Positions 57,700 through 64,000 of a stretch of 64,000 nucleotides of DNA are shown here, one piece after another. The DNA is taken from positions 682,001 through 746,000 of the forward strand of contig CM060731.1 in NCBI GenBank assembly GCA_030704615.1, given 5' to 3'. Numbering within the stretch: the first letter of the stretch is position 1; each line of letters opens with the position of its first letter. Below the pieces are notes generated by a model, which ran no database searches, was not told the origin of the DNA, and saw nothing but the letters and a program-made list of their open reading frames with translations. Source of the stretch: Takakia lepidozioides. Taxonomy: Eukaryota; Plantae; Bryophyta. A program made the position numbers and the translations under genes.

Positions 57700-60600
57700 C
57701 ACAAAGGGGTGATGGCAAATGCGGTCACACATTCACTTGCGTTCTCAAAGCATGCGCCAGCTTGTGGCCCCTGGAAAGGGCAGAGAGGTGCACAAGGACA
57801 TCCTCAAAGCTGGACTTGCCCCATATATCATTTTGCAGAATGCCCTTATTGATATGTATGCGAAATCTGGCAGCCTGAAGGATGCACGTCAAGTGTTCAA
57901 CAATATGATTCCACGAGATGTGGTCTCATGGAGTGCCTTGATTGTAGGATACGCCGAGCATGGATATGGTAGGGATGCTTTGGAAATGTATGAGCAAAGG
58001 AGACTGGATGGGGTGATGCCCAATGGGGTCAAATTCGCTTGCATTCTCAAGGCTTGTGCCTGCCTGGGAGATCTGAAACAGGGCATGGTGGTGCATGCCA
58101 ACATCGTCAAAGCTGGAATCATACCGGATATCATTCTGGCCTGCCAAATGCGGTAGTGTGAAACATGCACGGCAAGTGTTTGACAATATTACATACAGAA
58201 TGTGGTCTCGTGGAGCTCCATGATCTCAGTATATGTTCAGCATGGATATGGAAGGGAAGCCTTCAAGTTGTATGAGCAAATGATACAGGATGGGGTAAGG
58301 CCTGACAAGGTTGCAGCACTCACTTGCGTTCTCAATGCATGTGCCAGCTGGGATCCCTGGAAAAGGGCAGAGAGTGCACGCTGACATCGTCAAAAGGGGG
58401 AATTGCTACAGATATCATTCTGGAAAATACCCTTTTGGACATGTATGCCACTTGTGGCAGCATGCAGGATGCCTGTAAAGTATTTGACAAGATGTTCAAC
58501 GTGATGCTGTCTCGTGGTGTGCCATGATTGCAGGATATAGCTGAAGGAGCAGGGATAGGGTGTGGGTCCAGATTCATCCAAGAGGGTCGGATTTCAAGCT
58601 CCAGATTACCTCTTATTCCCTGTGGAATGATAGCTACAAGAAACCGGCATGGGTAGATGGTCAACTGGAAGCCGCAGCAGCAGCGGCACAATTGATAAAC
58701 TCAGGCATAGCTAATGAAGGTACCTTCTTCAACACATTTCACCCCCATCACGTTCATTTATGCGTGTGCAAGCCTGGGAGCCCTGGAAAAGGGGAAAGAG
58801 GTCCATGATGACATCGTCAAAGCTGGAATTGTACCAGATGTCATTCTGAACACTGCCCTGGTGGACATGTATGCCAAATGTGGGTGTATTAAGGATGCAA
58901 GGGCAGTCAACAATGTGGCTGAACGAGATGTGGTGTCATGGAGCGCGATGCTTGTAGGGTATGCACAGCAGGGACGTGGGGTGGAGGCTTTGGAGACCTA
59001 TAAGCAAATGATGGGGGAAGGGGTGAAGCCCAACCACATCACGTTTGTGTGCGTTTGCAATGCGTGTGCAAGCCTGGGAGCTCTGGAAAAGGGCAAAGAG
59101 GCCCATGGCGACATTGTCAGAGCTGGAATTGTACCCGATGACATGTATGCCAAATGTGGGAGCATCGAGGATGCGAAGGCGGTGTTCAACAATATGGCTG
59201 AATGAAATGTGGTGTCTTGGAACGCGATGGCTGCATGGTGGACCTTCTTGGCTGTGCAGGGCGATTAGATGAGGCAGAGGAGTTTATAGTAGCAAAATGT
59301 CAATCCAACCAGATCCTAGGGTATGGAGGGCCTTGCTTGGTGCCTGCAAACTTCATGGAGATGTGGGGGTAGCAGAACATGTGGTGAAAAGCATTGTTAG
59401 CAGGCAGCAGCTTGTGTGATGCTATCCACTACTATGCTGAGCCTTGCTGGAGGATGAACACAAATGATGTAAGGACAGATGTCAGAAACTTGTGAGGGAG
59501 CAGCTGCATTGAGATTGTAACATGGTTTGTACATTTGGTATGGTAACATGGTTGGTATTCAACAGATTTCACCCTGTTTTTCCATCGTATCAGAATCGGC
59601 CCTAAATTTTCATGTTGAATTCTGCAGGTTAGCTGGTTGCGTGAACCTTTGATAGCTTGGAGTGACTGACATGATACTGCCAATGTGACAACAGGAAAGT
59701 ATCCAGAAACAGGTAACAGAGACGAGGAGGAGCTGTGGAATGACTACTTTTCTGACCCCAGTCAATGGTGGAACAATCAAGGCAAAAAGGTGAATGCCTG
59801 TTGGATTACAGAGAGTAGCAGATGCAATTGAGCATAGGAACTAGTGTGATAAGTTGATTTGGGTGTTTATCTAGGCTGTCATTGTCAGCTGCTAGCAGCA
59901 AGGCAAAGATGTATGCATGATTTGTGCAGAGGCATGGACAGCTGAAGGAGCAGGGATAGAGTGTGGGTCTAGATTCATCCAAGAGGGCCGGACTTCCAAG
60001 CTCCAGATTACCTATGATTATCTGTGGATCAATAGCTACAAGAAACCTTCATGTAGATGATCAACTAAAGGCAGCAGCTGCAGCGGCACAGTTGATAAAA
60101 TCAGGCACCTCAACCTTGACCACAGCTTCTGAAAGAGGATCAATAGAGGGAGTCCACAATGCCTCTTCTGGCACTTCTGGGTATGTGAAAATGCTTTGTG
60201 CGGCAGGCTGACTGACAGAAGCTCTACAGACTTTAAACCAAGGAGGCATTTCAGCAGATTCAGATACGTATGTCTGTCTCTTGCTTAAGTGCATCAAGAT
60301 GGAAGGTCTGGAAGCTGGAAAGCAGATGCACACTCACATTATCCAAAATCGATTCATGCCAAATGTTTTTCCACTCAACACCCTTGTCAACATGTATGTT
60401 AAGTGCGGGACCATCATGGATGCTCACCAAGTGTTCAACAGAATGCCTCAACGATCTTTGATCACGTGGAACACGATGCTTGCAGGGTATGCACATATGT
60501 CAGGCGTGGTATGGAGGCCTTGGAGACCTATGATCAAATGGTGGGGGATGGGGTGAAGCCCGACCACCTCACGTTTCTGTGCATTTGCAATGCGTGTGCA

Positions 60601-62250
60601 AGCCTGGCAGCTCTGGAAGAGAGTGAAGAGGTGCATGGTGACATTGTCAGAGCTGCAATTGTACCAAATATCCTTCTGAACAATACCCTCGTGGACATGT
60701 ATGAAGGGGGTGTTCGACAGTATGGCTGAACGAGATGTGGTGTCGTGGAGTGCGATGATTGCAGGATATGCACAGCAAGGGTGCGGGATGGAGGAGACCT
60801 ATGAGCGAATGATGCGCAAAGGGGTGAAGCCCAACCACATCACATTTGTTTGTGTTTGCAATGCGTGTGCATTAAGCCTGGGAGCTCTGGGAAAGGGGAA
60901 AGAGGTCCATGGTGACATTGTCAAAGCTGGAAGTGTACCAGATGTCATCCTGGACACTGCCCTGGTGGACATGTATGCCAAATGTGGGTGCATTAAGGAT
61001 GCGAAGGGAGTTTTCAACACTATGGCTGAACGAGATGTGGTGTCATGGAACGCAATGCTTGCACGGTATGCACAGCAGGGGCGCGGGATGGAGGCTTTGG
61101 AGACCTATTAGCAAATGATGGGGGGAGGGGTGAAGCCTGACCACATCACGTTTGTGTGCGTGTGCAAGCCTGGCAGCCCTGAAAAAGGGCAAAGAGGTGC
61201 ATGGTTGCATCACCAAAGCTGGAATTGTACCATTAATACCCTCGTGGACATGTATGCCAACCGTGGGAGCATTGAGGATGCGGAGGGAGTGTTCAACAAT
61301 ATGGCTGAACGAGACTTGCAGGATATGCACAGCAGGGGCGTGGGATGGAGGCCTTGGAGACATGAGCAAATGATGGGGGAAGGGGTGAGGTGCAACCACA
61401 TCACATTGTGTGCGTTTGCAATGCTTGTGCAAGCCTGGCAGCCCTAGAAAAGGGCAAAGAGGTGCATGGTGACATCCTCAAAGCTGGAATTGTACCAAAT
61501 GTCATTCTGGACACTGCCCTGGTGGACATGTATGAGAAATGTGGGTGCATTAAGGATGCAAAGGGAGTATTTGACAATGTGTCTAAACGAAATGTGGTGT
61601 CATTGAATGCGATGATCGCAGGATATGCCCAGCATGGTTGTCATAGGGAGGTCCTGCAACTATTTGAAGGAATGCAAAGGGACGGCTTGAAGCCGACAAT
61701 ATCACGTTTATATGTGTTCTCTCTGCATGCAGCCACACTGGCCTACTGAATGAAAGAAGATGCTACTTCGATTCCCTGAGTCAAGATCGTGGTGTCACTC
61801 TGACAGTAAAGCACTTTGGCTGCATGGTGGAGCTTCTTGGACGTGCGCGACAACTGGGTGAGGCAGTGGACCTGAATAATAAAATGCCAATCAATCCAGA
61901 TGTTGTGGTGTGGATCCACGGCAATGTGGAGATGGCTGAATGTGCGGCAACATCTATCCCCAAGTGGATGAACAGGATGCCGCAACGTATGTGTTGCTAT
62001 CAAACATCTATGTTGCAGCTGGCAGGTGGGATGATACTGCAAAGGTGAGAAGAATGATGAAGGAGGCGGGGTATGTGCCTGACACGCGCTTTGTATTGCA
62101 TGATGTGGGGGAGTAGGAAAGGAATTTTCTCTTTGCCACCACATCCCTTTGTGTTCCGCTCAAACTGGGCACAGGGTCAATGGCCACAAGGCTACGGCAA
62201 ACAACGTCTTATGAGTACATTCTTTGCCACCACAGTGAGAAGCTGGCCAA
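57700..62250 (+). pseudogene. Cluster of fragmented PDF-PPR(PLS)-E-DYW pseudogenes, paralogous to the 25-29 kb gene
   Basis: Many frameshifted P/L/S motifs (LVDMYAKCG, DVVSW.AM). PDF remnants at ~58572, 59721-59789 (EELWNDYFSDPSQWWNNQGKK|GT) and ~59972. E motifs near 59280 and 61820; DYW start CHHSEKLA at ~62225. Confidence 0.9.
62144..62220 (+). mobile_element. 77-bp LINE 3' tail insertion in the DYW HxE motif
   Basis: 14-bp TSD TCTTTGCCACCACA (62130-62143, 62221-62234). Insert matches ~8337-8412. Confidence 0.9.
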
Positions 62251-63451
62251 GCCATGGTAGTAAGTGGTATGAGTCGCTGGCACCTTCATTGCGACTCTCT
62301 GGTGCCTGGTTCCCCCATGTGCAGCTCATGCAACATTGTAGGTCATTATTCTTCGACCAAGGTGACCAGTAGCCCTGGTATGGGCTACTGTGGCTTTGTA
62401 AGATTGGTTTTAATGCTGTATAATGGAACTGGTCCCTCGCAAGAATGTTCAGTGTATCTATCTGTTCAGGCATTGTTAACTCAATGTGAAATTCACCATT
62501 CTCAGTAGTGCTGATGAAGTTTTCTCTTGTTCAACATTTTCCAGCTTGGCTTACCAGCCCCCCCTCTCTCTGGGCCAAGGCTAGTGGCAACTTTGTAACT
62601 AGTGCATCTCCAGCCATCCCAGGGCTACCCTCTTTAACTGATTATTTTCAAACAGAAGACTGGGAAGAACAATGATAGGAGCCAAGGAACCTAAGTGTGG
62701 TCCTCCCCATCCAAGACTTCCCTCTGTTTTGGTCATTTATGTAGAGCAACAGCTCTTATCTTCATGAAATATTGTCAATATGTACCCCCTCGGTCCGGAT
62801 CTTTGATCCATACCACAACAAACAAATGTAGCCTTTTGCAGTTTCATATCCAAGACAAAAATATCTTCCCCTAGGCTATGATACCCACCTAAGGCCTTAA
62901 AGTTCTCCCAAGGTTATTTCCCTTGATTTAATACGATTTACCGTATATATAAATAAAAGACAAGGTTGACCTTGTCGGTGTGGTATGATTTTCTCCCCCA
63001 CCTCTGGTCCCATGTGTTGAGCAGTAGGCTCTGTAATTCATTGGACATCAAAGAAAATTTACCTTTATCTTTATCAAATAGGTTATTTTCTCCTCACTGT
63101 ACTAAAGGAGCCTGATTCGTGAGAAGTAGATTCTCTTTTTGAAAGTGTTAGGTGTCTACCTATCGTAATTGGTCTTAACGGCAACCTTTATGCGCTTCCA
63201 ATTGATATCAGACTTGTCAAACTCTGGGGATGCCGAAAAGGAGGGACCAGCAAGATTTCGGCCCTCTTTCCTTTGAAAAATAAAAATAATATGATAGATC
63301 CGGCAACACTCCGCCCTTCTTCTTCCGGAAAACAATGAAATATGGGTTGTATATATGTAACACCATAGGGATGACCCACCCCTTTTTGTGAAAAATTGAA
63401 CGTAGTTCTCAGAATTCGTCGTTAGTAGTGCGGAGCAACGCGAAGCCCTAG

Positions 63452-63850
63452 TTCTAGCGACGACCGAAGGTCGGAAGCTAGTTTAGCGTAGAGCAGGTAT
63501 AGGGTGCCATAGTGCCACGTCATCATAGACACATCATCGTCTCCACGTCATCGTAGCCATGTCATCATTGTCGTCAATTTCTTTGGAATTTGCCCGGACG
63601 GCCCGCGCGAAATAGGCTAATAGAAATCGCCGCGCCAACGTCTTTGGAACTGCCCGCAATGCCCGGATCTTGATCTTCTTGAACTGCGGGAGCTCTGCGT
63701 TTTCCGCCATCATTCACCTTGCAAGCCCAGGCATGGATAGCTTGAAGGAGCAGGGATCGAGAGTGTGTCCAGCTTCATCCAAAAGGGCCGGATTTCAAGC
63801 ACCAGATTACCTATGATTCGAAAAGACAACAAATGGGGAGGAGTTTCTTG
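63452..63850 (+). repeat. Second copy of the 57498 terminal motif followed by a PDF-motif remnant
   Basis: Identical 39-mer at 57498-57536 and 63452-63490, with similar downstream sequence. LHPKGPDFKHQIT at ~63773. Confidence 0.7.
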
Positions 63851-64000
63851 CAGACGGAATCAGAAGCTTTCACTCGTGATTGGGTGGGAAAGAAAAAAAG
63901 TGCAGCTTAGATTACACCGTACTTCCTTGTTTCAGACCCGCACAATGAGTCTCCATGATTGATTTTCCATGAGCACGAAGGGTATGTCAGGTTGTGTCTG

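Overview
Repeat-rich nuclear DNA of a land plant. A 5S-derived sequence resembles the bryophyte 5S rRNA type as I recall it, so a moss, liverwort or hornwort is likely. Host genes: (i) a PLS-type PPR RNA-editing factor (minus strand, ~25.2-29.4 kb) with two N-terminal OSB-type PDF motifs and a disabled DYW domain, (ii) an intact 7-exon HD-domain phosphohydrolase gene (53.6-57.4 kb), (iii) a cluster of scrambled PDF-PPR-DYW pseudogenes (57.7-64 kb). The rest is nested mobile DNA: a TRIM-like element, a diverged ~5 kb foldback around a LINE fragment, a decayed hAT, a decayed CACTA next to a SET-domain gene, MITEs, LINE fragments, a 5S-derived SINE, and a Ty1/Copia element (29993-51432). The Copia carries three insertions: a solo LTR, a small element in its PBS, and a ~15.6 kb cargo-rich DNA element (~33600-49255). 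That last element is the main candidate for an undescribed system. It combines a transposase-like N-terminal remnant, a Pol II CTD-like (YSPxSP) ORF, a spliced ParB-like/methyltransferase-like gene, three FCP1-like HAD phosphatase ORFs and at least 10 dispersed copies of a 24-bp palindrome that I did not see elsewhere in the window. All domain calls come from motif recognition by eye; no searches were run.
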